Origin: Eledone cirrhosa
Taxonomy: Eukaryota
Direction: 5' to 3'
Assembly (NCBI GenBank): GCA_964016885.1
Contig: OZ024757.1
Location: forward strand, 27,528,001-27,592,000
Length of the DNA stretch: 64,000 bases
The notes below the pieces were generated by a model. The model was not told the origin of the DNA, did no database searches, and saw only the letters and a list, made by a program, of their open reading frames with translations. Both the position numbers and the translations under genes were made by a program. Shown in pieces: positions 1-11,109 of this stretch. The stretch's first letter is position 1, and the number at the start of each line of letters is the position of its first letter.

Positions 1-142
1 TAATAATGGTTTCTGATTTAGGCATAAGGCCGGCAATTTTTTTTGGGGGGGGGTGTCGATTAAATCAATCCCAGTGTGTTACTGGTACTTCATTTTAATA
101 ACCCTGTAAGGATGAAAGGCGAAGCTAACTTTGGCAGGATTA

Positions 143-322
143 ATAATTGTTTCTACTTTTGGCACAAGGCCAGCAATTACCCAGTGCATTACTGGTACTT
201 TATTTTATCGACCCTGTAAGGATGAAAGGCAAAGTCAACCTCGGCGGGATTTGAACTCAGAACGTAAAGGGACGTAACTATGCTGGAAAGCATGGCGTCC
301 AACCCTCTATCGATACTGCCAA
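143..322 (-). mobile_element. tRNA-derived SINE family A with Deu/Nin-like core (representative copy)
   Basis: The reverse complement reads TGGCAGTATCG (A box) ... GAGTTCAAATCCC (B box) ... GCCTTTCATCCTTAC-GGGTCGATAAAATAAAGTACCAG ... (ATT)n tail. Other approximate copies: - strand at 1-140, 4096-4283, 4298-4390, 12041-12190, 12209-12395, 19535-19655, 23160-23350, 29912-30132, 39143-39328, 40147-40327; + strand at 28195-28382, 31765-31885, 34505-34712, 34717-34885. Confidence 0.85.
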
Positions 323-722
323 TATAATAATAATAGTCTAACCCATGCTAGCGTGGAAGAAAGACGTTAAACGGTAATGATGATGATGATGAATAGTAAT
401 AATAATAATGATTTCTTTATGAACCAAAAAGGGTTTACATCAAGAAAAACATTATGACAGTACAGGACGAAAACATAGAGTGTGTGTATGTGTGTGGGTG
501 TGTCGATTTTGCGATAATAATAATGATGATGATGATAAATAATGAAAATAATACACTGGTCTAATTTGGATATTTTTTTTATCTCTTTCAGATTGTTCAT
601 GATAATACTGTGACACTCACCAAATATTTCCTTCTGGACATCTCATAAACATATTGATATTATGTTGGCTAAACACAATCAAAGATAATCTAAAAGTTGA
701 AATTGTTGCTCAACAGGCAACC

Positions 723-1982
723 ATGTTGTCTTCAGATTCATCAAATTTCAGTAAACTATTGAGCTGGAATGAGACTGACCTGGATACCAGATATACAGAG
801 GGGGGCATAGTTTATGCCATTGCATTTGTCGGCATTTTAGGTAATGCTGGAGTATTGTTGGCAGTGATTATGTTTAAAAAACTGCGCCATGCAGCGACTG
901 CATTTCTATCACACCATTGTCTACTGGACCTTATTAAATCAGCTTTCTGCATCACACTTGGCTACAGTCTTCAACATCGGCAAGAGATACCTCATTGCAA
1001 CTGGTTCGGCACTGTTTACATCATACTCATGACAGCTTCAGCTTACAATTTGTTTGCAATTGTTGTTAATGAAGAATACCATATGATCTACTACAAGCAG
1101 AACTATAACAATTATCTCTGTATCAGTTTTGGGCTGTTTATGATCTGGTTTGCCAGTATCCTTATTCATCTTGGTGTTGGCTTTTTACCGAGCCGACTGC
1201 ATTACAACAAAGATATAGGCTTTTGTTCATTTAAACAAGGAATTCCCAGCAGTGTTGTCACCCATGTCTGTTGGCTGATTCTGATAACCTTTGCAATAAC
1301 CCTGACCCTGGTTGGTTTGTGGTTCCTCCATCAGAAAGTGCAGTACCATGCATATACGCCGCAAAATGTTTTCGGTGAAGATTTTCTAGCACAAGACGAG
1401 AAAGACATCTTGTGGGAGATAGAGACAGATGAACTACATTCAGATGTTCAGCCATTCTTCATTGACAACCATCGGAGAAGGGTTTTCATGTTAATAGGTA
1501 TGACTGCCACTTACTTACTGTGTTGGTTGCCGTTATTTGCTATCACCATTTTTGATGTGAATTTCATATTAAATCCCCAACTCTACAAAATACTGACAAT
1601 CGTAGCTTGGAGCCAACCGATCACCACCCCAGTGTTTGCTAGCGTCTATCTGTGGGACATCGCTGACAAGTTCAACTTGGAGAAAGACCTACAGAACAAG
1701 ATAGCCCAGTTAAACCACAAGGACATGGAAGCTACCCAGGTAGAAACCTCATACAACACTGCTTCAACAGCATTACTCAGGCCACCGGTTGCCATCCAGA
1801 ATCGGCTGCTGAACATGCAGCCAAGTCTGACATCATCAGAATGCAGTCAAGTTGGCAGTTTGAGACGACACATGGAGTATATGGGATCTGTAGGTCATTC
1901 AGGCATAACTAACGAGGGTGCTTTGAGCAGTTTGCCTCGTGGTCATGGCAGTCTATGGATGAGACAAGATGCTTCTTTATAA
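723..1982 (+). CDS. Class A 7TM GPCR, SREB (GPR85/GPR27/GPR173)-like, single coding exon, 419 aa
   Basis: ORF with seven hydrophobic segments, N-terminal N-glycosylation sequons (NFS, NET), TM1 GN, Cys before TM3 and in ECL2, TM6 CWLP. TM2 FLSHHCLLDLIKSAFC and TM3 TASAYNLFAIVV resemble, from memory, SREB FLLDLCCSDILRSAIC and HTAFMLFCISV. The first in-frame ATG is at 723 (ACCATG); the ORF track start at 654 is a TTG. A pyrimidine tract plus CAG acceptor at 591 implies an upstream 5'UTR exon. Confidence 0.85.
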   Translation: MLSSDSSNFSKLLSWNETDLDTRYTEGGIVYAIAFVGILGNAGVLLAVIMFKKLRHAATAFLSHHCLLDLIKSAFCITLGYSLQHRQEIPHCNWFGTVYIILMTASAYNLFAIVVNEEYHMIYYKQNYNNYLCISFGLFMIWFASILIHLGVGFLPSRLHYNKDIGFCSFKQGIPSSVVTHVCWLILITFAITLTLVGLWFLHQKVQYHAYTPQNVFGEDFLAQDEKDILWEIETDELHSDVQPFFIDNHRRRVFMLIGMTATYLLCWLPLFAITIFDVNFILNPQLYKILTIVAWSQPITTPVFASVYLWDIADKFNLEKDLQNKIAQLNHKDMEATQVETSYNTASTALLRPPVAIQNRLLNMQPSLTSSECSQVGSLRRHMEYMGSVGHSGITNEGALSSLPRGHGSLWMRQDASL

Positions 1983-2965
1983 GAAAAACAAGAGCTGGAT
2001 TTGTTGGGTTTTAGGTCAATGTCACATGACACTGAATTATATCTAACGTCAAAACCAACCCCTTAAAATATATAAATAAAATAAAAAAAAAAGAGGAAGG
2101 TATAAGACAAAGAAAAATACTTCCAAAAGACTGAACTATAAACACTTGCAGCCCATTCCACCGTTCCACTTGAACCAAAGAATCAGTTTAGAATTCATGT
2201 ACAATTCATATATCTTCAGTATCTCTGTTCTTAGATTCAACAATACCAGACATGACTAACATTCCCTACATATTAGATTGATCTTAATTCTTTCATTAGA
2301 TTTTCACAAAACCCCTTTTATCTTTTAAATGTTGATGAAAATTGTTAAAAATTCTCCCAATTTTTTATAGACTTGTTTTCCTATTATTTTGTTAATAAAT
2401 TTGCATAAAATATATTCTCTTTCAATTCTTAATTCCTCACTGATGTATGAAATACCTAATTTTTATTTTGTTCTATCCAAAAGCTTGTTGCTGTTTAGCC
2501 CTAGACCAGCCTTAATCAAAAGTATTCCAGCCATGACCACTTCATGAGTTTCTATCTGGGTGGTCAATATGGTAGAAATAGCAGCCAAAGCTCCCTTGAA
2601 TTATACCCAATTGCTTTAAAAACAATAAGATACATTAAAGAAGAAGGTAGTCCCTGACAAACAAAAAGACAGATTGGAAATAGCTGAGAAGTTGGCAGAA
2701 TAAGTCTGGATTGAGACTTCTGCGTGCAAACACATACAATTACACAACCATTATATATGCTCTCTTTACATACATACATTGTCGAAGAATTCTCGCATAA
2801 AAATACTGAGAAAACTAGCGTGCAATTTTTGACTGGCCCACAAAACTGCAATTCAAAATATTTAGTACGTTGTAAATGTATGTAAAACACCATATAATTT
2901 ACACGGGGGAATATTCTGAACACATTAAAAAGGTTGACTTCTCTCTCTTTTCGTAATACATACAT

Positions 2966-2996
<31 letters not shown>

Positions 2997-5019
2997 ACGG
3001 AGAGAGTGAGAGAGAGAAGTAAGTCAACCTATATATATGTATATAAACAAATCGTTAACGTAATACTTGAATCAAGTTCAACAGACTAGATTGCTACAAA
3101 ACAAGGGAGATAACTCTATTTTTGATATTAAAACTATGCGCGTTGGACCTCCGTCAGTTCGTAACTTTAAAGAAGATTGTTTAATAAGGCAGGCTCTTTG
3201 AATTATAGGTGTAACCCATTATTACTAGCCGGGTGGACTGCCTCCATGAATCGAACTCACGCTTCTAATACGACCATCCTAAGTAATAAATGCAGTGAAG
3301 ATAAAATAATATGATAAACTGAATTTTACAAAATATATTGATATTTAATATTAGTAGCTTCACCTCCGGCTACATTTCTACTGCTGGAGCCCTTCTTAAA
3401 CCAACTTCCTTATAGTGTGCACTGGGTGAATTTTATTGTATCACTACCCCAACTTCCCAACTTTAGAGAGCACTTAGGTGCATTTTAACATGGCATCAGT
3501 GCTACCACTTACAGAGTGTATTGGGTGCATGGGACCTAGAGTTTAAAAAGTATTTGTTAACAATCCCAATTCATTATAAAAATTTCTTTTTGCACTCTTT
3601 CAAGGTATTGTATGGCTTACAGATGGCCTAGTGTTCAATCCTACCATCAATATTCAATTAGGAGGCTAGTGGTTTTGGTTTTTTGTTGATAATATAATAT
3701 TGTAAGTGTTTGTCTTTGATAAGTTTTACAGACGAAAGAAAAACAAAACGAATTTGATGACATATAATCCGAACTTAACTTAGATTACATTATGAAAATC
3801 TATAAAAAAAAGCAAGCGTCAATACCTACGTTGTGAACCAAAGATCAAAATTCGTAGCTTACCAATTAACGCTTTTATTATCAAACTATTCTTGGTTCTA
3901 TGATACAAAACTCTTTATTGTAAATTGTTTATTTTTTTCTAAAGACGTTCAATCATATTATATAAGAACTTTTAAGTTATGTTCCAAACACCAGCTTAGT
4001 AATGTTGTTAGTTACATTAGTAAATGTCTCCAAAGTCTTCATTACTTTCAAAATTATCTGAAAATTATAGCCAGTGTATTTCATTAGAAATAAAATAATT
4101 GTTTCTACTTTTTGGCACAAAGCCAACAATTAACCAGTACATTACTGGTACTTTATTTTATCGACCCCATAAGGATGAAAGGCAAAGTTAACTTCGGCAG
4201 GATTTGAACTCAGACCATAAAAGGATATAACTATGCTGGAAAGCATGGCGTCCGACTCTCTACCGATACTGCCAATCTACCGATTATTAGAAATAAAATA
4301 ATTGTTTCTACATTTGACACAAGGCCAGCAATTTACCAGTATATTACTGGTACTTTATTTTATCGACCCCGAAAGGATGAAAGGCAAAGTAAACAATGAA
4401 AGTGTTTAAGATAGATGATAGACTGGAATGCTAAGCCATGCACAAGACTCATTATACTTTGAAAGAAACTTGACAATAGTGCTGGACAACATGATCTCAG
4501 AAGCTCAACTCTTACAATTTCAATCAATCAAGTTCTTGTAACTGGTAGTCAATTGTTGGTGGGTGGTGCTGCTCTAGACGTTTGACACTGTGGCCTTTCA
4601 ATGGGCCTAAGAAATGTTGACAGTGCCATCTCCTCTTAGTGTCCAGCCCCTCACTAAGTTTAGCCTACCAGCAGAAGCAGTAATCAGAGTGTGGCTGAAA
4701 AATATCTCAAAGCCAAAATTAGAGTCAGGCAAGAACCAGTGTTCCCATCCATCTCTAAGGATGCCACTGTCGGACATTGAGGTATTCCCTCTACCAGAAC
4801 ACCCTGGTTGTGAGATGTTTTTTTCACAACCTGGATAATGGTGTATCCAATATTGAAATAACATTTCTTCAAATCACTTGACCATTTTGAAAGGAAGATC
4901 AGATAACACTATGGTCAGTACTGAAATAATGTTTCTTTAAATTGTTTCACTCTACTTTCAAAGAAACACTGGATAATGGCACATCAAATTTAAAAAAAAA
5001 TGATTCTTTAATGATTTTA

Positions 5020-5195
5020 TGGGTAAAGCCAATAGGTAGGAGACTCAGAGCAAAATGGTTGGATAACATCCATGAGCTTGACTGGTCACATTCAGGGATC
5101 CAGCCAGATCTGTTGCTTCTGACAGGATCTGCTGGAAGAGTGTTTGAGGACTTTGCTCCCACGACCCTCTGAGGAATAAGTGGGCGAAGAAGATT
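5020..5195 (+). mobile_element. Short 3' fragment of an RTE-clade LINE
   Basis: Encodes KPIGRRLRAKWLDNIHELDWSH (RTE C-terminus) followed by CCCTCTGAGGAATAAGTGGGCGAAGAAG. Related copies on the - strand at 14241-14452 and 27740-27975. Confidence 0.7.
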
Positions 5196-7019
5196 CTTTA
5201 AATCTTTGATAACGATACATCCTGCATTGAAATAACATTTCTTCAAATCACTTATATATGTAGAAACTTGTGTATATGACTGCATGTGGACATATATACA
5301 TAATGATTGAATAGGAATGACATGTAAACATAGTGTTTTACAAAACATTTCATGCAAGAAAATATAGTTGATAAAGATATTTAACCAATAATGGTTAGTT
5401 TCTAGCATAGACACAAGGCCAGAAATTTTAGTGGGAGAGGAAAGTCAATTATATTGAACCCAGCACTGGAGCAGTACTTTCTTGTATTGACCTCGGAAGG
5501 ATGAAAGACGAAGTAGAACACAGTGGGATTTGAATTCAGAATTTAAAGACAGAATAAACACCATAATAATAATAATTGTTTCTACTTTAGGCACAAGGCC
5601 AGCAATTACCCAGTGCATTACTGGTACTTTAAGCCATGCACAAGACTCCATAATAATAATAATGATTTATTTCATAGGCTCAAGGCCAAAATTATGGGTG
5701 AGGGTTACAGCGGACTATATTGAACACCAATATTTTAGCTGGTACTTATTTTATCGAACCTGGAAGGCATGAAAAGTGAAGTCAATTTTGGTAGGATTCA
5801 AGCTCAAAAGATCAATAAATGCTGCATATAACAATATTAGGTACAAGAATAAACATTTACAGAGTGAAGGGGTCTAGTGGATCAAAGTAAAAAGTACTAA
5901 AGATGTCTTTGTTATTACCCAACATTTCAAATTGAAACAATTATTATATAACCTTAATTTATATAAAGTCTGATCAATTTGAAATGTGAAACGGTGGTGG
6001 TGTTGTGATACTAACAAAGAAGCACCAGGAACTGGTTTCATTTGAGTATTGACTGGTATGTGATGACATATTCAACCCTTGCTATCAGAGAAAATAGACA
6101 TTAAACAACAAAGAGCCAGTAAACTCTAAAGGGAGGCAACACACATCGCCATAGCGTTTCACCTTCTGTTGTTTGTATCTCTTTATGTATTTATGTGTAG
6201 ATGTGTGTGTATGTAACTAAAGCGTAACGTACGTTACAAATGGATGACTAAATGATTTTAACTTGTTTTTTAACAATTGATAGTGGAAACGATTTCAAAT
6301 TGTCTTAACTCGGGCTACAACTCATGGTGTCTGACACTCATACTGGTTACATAGCCTCTTCCATTAAACAATGTTGATGATAAATTGAAACAAAATCACA
6401 GTCGAGGTTAACAATTGATCTTACCAGCATTTGCCAGTAACAGTCATTCCTAATGTGAGCAAAAAAGCTACAATGCTGGCAGCTGACTGAATCAAATCTA
6501 AAATATTTTGCTGGTATTTTCATTATTTTGAGCCCGGAGGAATAAAAGGCAAAATATACCCCTGCCCCCAAGCAGGATCTGAACTCAGAATGTAAAGGGA
6601 CATGACTGAATGTGGCAAATTATTTAATGTTTGTATGCTAATTCTGGCAATAAATCTCAGTGAGATTTGAACTTGCACTATAATAAAGCAGACATGATAA
6701 TGTTCACTGTGCCAGCTTATCATGTTAGGTTCTACCCCACTGCTACCATAGACTCAGGTGGACCAAAGCCTTGGGAGTGAAATTTTGAATACGGAAGCTT
6801 GCAGAAGTATGTTGGATGCATATGTGGATATAACATGGAGAAATGGACATAAAAAAGATGATACTGATAATATATACAAATACATATATATCTATATACA
6901 TTATTTAAACATATTAAAAGTTTAAGCAAAGAATTAATGCTTTCACCTTTTTCCGAAAACGGATGAAAACAAAAATCTGTTCACATGATGAATATTCACA
7001 CTACATTGATAATATATAT

Positions 7020-7200
7020 ATATGAAAATTTCAGGACCCCAACAGCTAGATCCGAACTCTGAGTTCAGATCTAGCTGTTGAAACAGCTGTAACTCAGTCA
7101 TCAGTGTCCTGAATTTTTCATATTACCCACTCTACTACCCTAAGTATTGAGTACTCTGGTGAGTAACGGTCTAACTGGTTTTTACCACCTCTATTCTGAT
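7020..7200. mobile_element. Palindromic element in a (TA)n tract
   Basis: ATATGAAAATTTCAGGAC ... GTCCTGAATTTTTCATAT outer inverted repeat with inner CAACAGCTAGATC-GAACTC/GAGTTC-GATCTAGCTGTTG hairpin. Its tail ACTCTACTACCCTAAGTATTGAGTACTCTGG is homologous to about 20565-20600. Confidence 0.65.
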
Positions 7201-7212
7201 ATATATATATAT

Positions 7213-7425
7213 AAACAAAACAAGACTTCAAATTAAGGTTTTTATTGATTATGCACAGTTACGACCGTTTCACAGATGGGTGGCTCAGGATCCATATTAA
7301 TGTTATAGACGAGACTCCAGTCTCAAGCTGCTCATCAGACTTGTTAAATTAGGTAAAACCAAAATCTCATCTGAGGGCATCGCAACCCAAACAATAAAGA
7401 CCTTAATGTGAATCCTCGTTTTGTT
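7213..7425 (-). mobile_element. Inverted Penelope-like pLTR remnant with hammerhead-like motif
   Basis: Ends 7213-7247 and 7392-7425 are inverted repeats containing AATAAA. The - strand of 7338-7263 reads CTGATGA-GCAG...CTGT-GAAAC-G-GTC. Confidence 0.6.
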
Positions 7426-7999
7426 CTTAATATATACACTCTGCTATAGGATAGAGTGATAATATTGGTACCTTCCTCAGTAAACTAAAAATGTACTGAA
7501 TCAGCTGTCATCTAAATACGGATATATATATATGTGTATATTCTTTACTATGGCTAAATGATGACTGTTGCTACTGTGGAGTTTACCTGTGTACTCACAG
7601 GATCATCAGACAAAAACCATCATAAAGATATAAATATATATATCCCCTTTGCCCCCTTCCATACACTCACTTCTGTCCACACCACCCTTACACTGTAAAA
7701 TTATGTTGGTATCACAACAAAAAACACTCAGCACACACTGTAAATGTGGTCGTGTGGGTGTCATGACAAAAAGCACCCAGCCCACTCTGTAAAATGGTCA
7801 TATGGGTGTCACGACAAAAAAGCACTCAGCACACATTGTAAATGTGGTTGGCGTTAGGAAGGGCATCCAACCATAGAAACCTAGCCAGAAACAGTTCTAT
7901 ATGAGCACGACACGGTCACCTGACCCGACTTGCCTCTAACCCATGCTAGCATGGAAAATGGTCGTGAAACGATGATGTTGATATATACATATACACACA

Positions 8000-8098
8000 C
8001 AGGGTGTCCCCCCAAAATATATACATACTTTGATTACCTGTACAGGCAATATTTATTAGAATACTGTTGAAGTGTGTATACATTTTTGGGACACCCTG
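8000..8098. mobile_element. Tc1/mariner-type MITE
   Basis: TIRs CAGGGTGTCCC(C)AAAA-TATAC ... GTATACATTTTTGGGACACCCTG. Shorter sibling at 28413-28489. Confidence 0.75.
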
Positions 8099-9507
8099 TG
8101 TGTGTGTATATATATATATCCTTACTTGCAAGTCTATTTATTAACTCATTGAGTGAATGAGTAAGTGGACGGGGCTCGCTGAAATAACTTCAGTGACCTT
8201 CGTAAATTGTGTATGTGTGTATATATATATATATAGTCATACACACATAAGTGTTTGTGTATGTATATGTGTGAGCGTATATGTATGTGTGTGTATGTAT
8301 TATGTATACGTATGTCTATCGGCGTCACCGTAAACCCAGTTGACTTGTTTCGTCTTTCTTATCGTGAAACGACAAAATAAGTTGACGCCAGTCAAACCAC
8401 AACCGGTGTTGTTTATGTCCTGTAACTTAACTGTTTGACAGATATAGTCAATGAAAATAAGTACCAGACTGAATGAAATAATCAACTGAAAACCCTCGAA
8501 GGCAATGCCCCAGTATGGCCACAGTCCAATGAGTGAAATGAATAAAAAGTTAAAGATTAATGATAATAATAAATGCAACATAAAACATAACTGTTTGCGA
8601 ATAATAAAAGACCACAACAATGATTTCTTACATAGGCATTAAAAAGTCAATGGGAGGGAGATGTTTCGTTTTAGGTATATAAAATAACAGAAAAGCAAAT
8701 GAAAATTAATATACAATGAATATTTAAAAAAAACGACAATATATAACTGAAAACAAACACTTGGCGATAAAGCGAAGTTTGGTGGGTGGTAATTGACTGA
8801 AAAGAGTAAGGTAAGGAAGTAGGTTAGCACCGGAAAAAAAAAAATTTCAATTTATTGACTAAATAAACAAAACCAAAATTCAAAATAAGTATCTTTCATT
8901 TTGAATTGATCGTGTTATTTTATAGACCTAAAGCGAAACATCTTCCATTGGTACATCAAGGACGTTCATGCCTGTGCAGAAGTGAAATAGTGCAGCCCCC
9001 AGCACCTAACCGTTTCCTCATAACAAAAAAAAAAAAATTATAATGCCTACTGTTTAAAATGAAATTTAGAGATACATTTTCGAATGCGAATAGTACAAAT
9101 ATGATGAAATTTACAAGAAAAGTTTTTTAAAAAGTGATCTCTTACGCAATTCAATTGTAGAAATGACATTGCGTTCCTGTATAAAATCCATTACATTATC
9201 AAACAATTAATATGAAATTGGAAAGCAGGATGTAAACATTCCAATTCAGCTTTAGCCTACAAACAAATATAGATCAGAAGTATTCAGTAAATGAAAGCAT
9301 TAAGAAACGAAGTATATAATAATGAGAATATTTAAAAAAATTACTGAATTAATTTTATTTATAAAACATTTCAACATCACATTTAAACATATGTATCATT
9401 AAGAGAATTGAGGAAGCAAAATCGGGGTAGTGGTGGTAGGGCACTAAACTGTAGTTATGCCTGACAAGGTCTGTCAGTGACAGATGAAAAGTGTCTTTTT
9501 CTTAATG

Positions 9508-10521
9508 TTAACTTTGTGACTGCTTTTTTGTTCTGCCTGTCGCAAATGTTTTTGAGGTAGAAGCAGAACTGTGGGGAGTCCTTGATGGTATCATAGCTGT
9601 TCGGAGTTCAAATGTCTTACTAATTGCCCGCCATTCAGCGGGAGATATAGAAATCACACACTGGCTGGTTTTCTTCACACTATCTTGGGTTTTGTTCTCC
9701 TCAAGACTGACCGGTTCGATGACCGGTAAATTGTCTTCGTCCAAATAAACTTTTGCAAGTCCATCACGCACCAGAAAAGAAACATGAAAGATGTTTTCCA
9801 CCGTTTGACCGAACGAGTCCGGATTAACTACGAAACGGAAATAACAGATCGGGTCTTTACCCTCAGCATTGTGGTAATCCCGAAGACACTTCAACACCCG
9901 CTCCACTTCCTCTGTGGTCGCCTCATTTTTTTCTATATCTCCGAACTTCGATATCTGTGTCGGAATGGTAGCTTTTTCTGAGGCATTTTCCTTGTCTCGA
10001 GGCCTCCGGTTGATGTGTTTGTGCATTTGCACCACCCCCGGATCAAACGAACCGTACAAGAGGTGCAGAGGAGTGAAACGGGCGAACAAGTTACTGCATT
10101 CCTGTCCCATGGCAATCCATCCGGACCGAGATACGACCTTACGTTCTCCGTCGATGGACTCCAAATGTTCCAAACCGAGACTGTTTTTGAGTTTTTCGGC
10201 ATATTCCAACGGTTGAAACCTGATGAATTCTGTGTTGAGTGCCTGTGCTTTCTGTTTGCCGAGACCAGAGATTATATTAAGAGCGTAGGAGTCTAAAGCA
10301 GCTTCTCGCGTTCGAATGTGAGACGATCCGAACACAGGTTTAGAATAGAACTCGGCTTTGCTGAGTTGAGCGTCGAGGGCATCAGAAGATGGGTTAATAA
10401 GATCTTCTTTGTTGGCGTTCAGATCTTCGATCAACGACCGATAATTTTGTCTTATCTGACGCTTTTCCAAGTCGCTGGCATCCTCTCCCGAGAGATTTAA
10501 ATTGCCAGCACCTGGCAACAT
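9508..10521 (-). CDS. NSMCE4A: Non-structural maintenance of chromosomes element 4 (NSE4/EID3 family kleisin of SMC5/6), intronless, 337 aa
   Basis: Uninterrupted ORF with KRQIRQNYRSL, TREAALDS (N-terminal region) and the Nse4_C signature EATTEEVERVL...PICYFRFVVNPDSFGQTVENIFHVSFLVRDG. AATAAA on the - strand at 9354-9359. Confidence 0.93.
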   Translation of the reverse strand: MLPGAGNLNLSGEDASDLEKRQIRQNYRSLIEDLNANKEDLINPSSDALDAQLSKAEFYSKPVFGSSHIRTREAALDSYALNIISGLGKQKAQALNTEFIRFQPLEYAEKLKNSLGLEHLESIDGERKVVSRSGWIAMGQECSNLFARFTPLHLLYGSFDPGVVQMHKHINRRPRDKENASEKATIPTQISKFGDIEKNEATTEEVERVLKCLRDYHNAEGKDPICYFRFVVNPDSFGQTVENIFHVSFLVRDGLAKVYLDEDNLPVIEPVSLEENKTQDSVKKTSQCVISISPAEWRAISKTFELRTAMIPSRTPHSSASTSKTFATGRTKKQSQS

Positions 10522-10640
10522 ATTTCAAACTGATGGCGGTGCATTCAACACGGAAGGAGAATGTTCAAAGGGAGGTAATTCTCGTGTTTATTTTTCCACT
10601 TCTTTCCCGCCTTATATTTTGACTGATTGACGCGATGTAG
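10522..10640 (-). promoter_or_regulatory. Putative cell-cycle-type promoter of NSE4
   Basis: E2F consensus TTTCCCGC at 10603-10610, two CHR-like TTTGAA on the - strand (about 10524-10529 and 10564-10569), a CCGCCAT (YY1-like) motif and local CpG enrichment. Confidence 0.5.
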
Positions 10641-11109
10641 TAGAATTTGTAGACAGAAAGTCTTATTAGAAGTGGTGTCATCTATTCAAGTAACTCTACT
10701 ATATCTACTCTAATATTTATTTTAACCTCCCCAGAATGATTTAAAAGAAGAAAAATGACAGCAAGTTTTATTAAAACGTAGAACCAAAAGATACGAAACT
10801 AAATAGAACCATGCTTCTGTTCAACCGTAACATTTGTGAAATATGCATGATACCAGTAACACACAGAGATCGATTTGCCCTTTAACCCATGAAAATTGTT
10901 GCCCTTGGGCCTGAATTAGAAACCATTGTTATTTTTTTAATAGTCAATCAATGACAATTTAATGATATATGCTAAGGTAAAACGTACGTATATATGTATG
11001 TATGCAGGCAGGTAGGCGTGTTTATGGAATGTATGTATGTATGTATGTATGCATGCATGCTTATGGAAAATAATCAAATCCACACGCCACCACCATAAAT
11101 TAAACTTAA

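Noticed and set aside
654-722. N-terminal extension of the GPCR in the ORF track
   Set aside because: It begins at a TTG. In a eukaryote the first ATG in good context is at 723.
2778-2845. Possible minus-strand exon (TGCAG...GTATGT; LWASQKLHASFLSIFMREFFDN in one frame)
   Set aside because: No recognisable homolog, and its phase does not continue the 6425-6497 candidate exon without a stop.
4430-5255. Short internal duplications (ATTGAAATAACATTTCTTCAAATCACTT twice) and small ORFs on both strands
   Set aside because: No convincing transposase or protein motif; probably an old decayed repeat.
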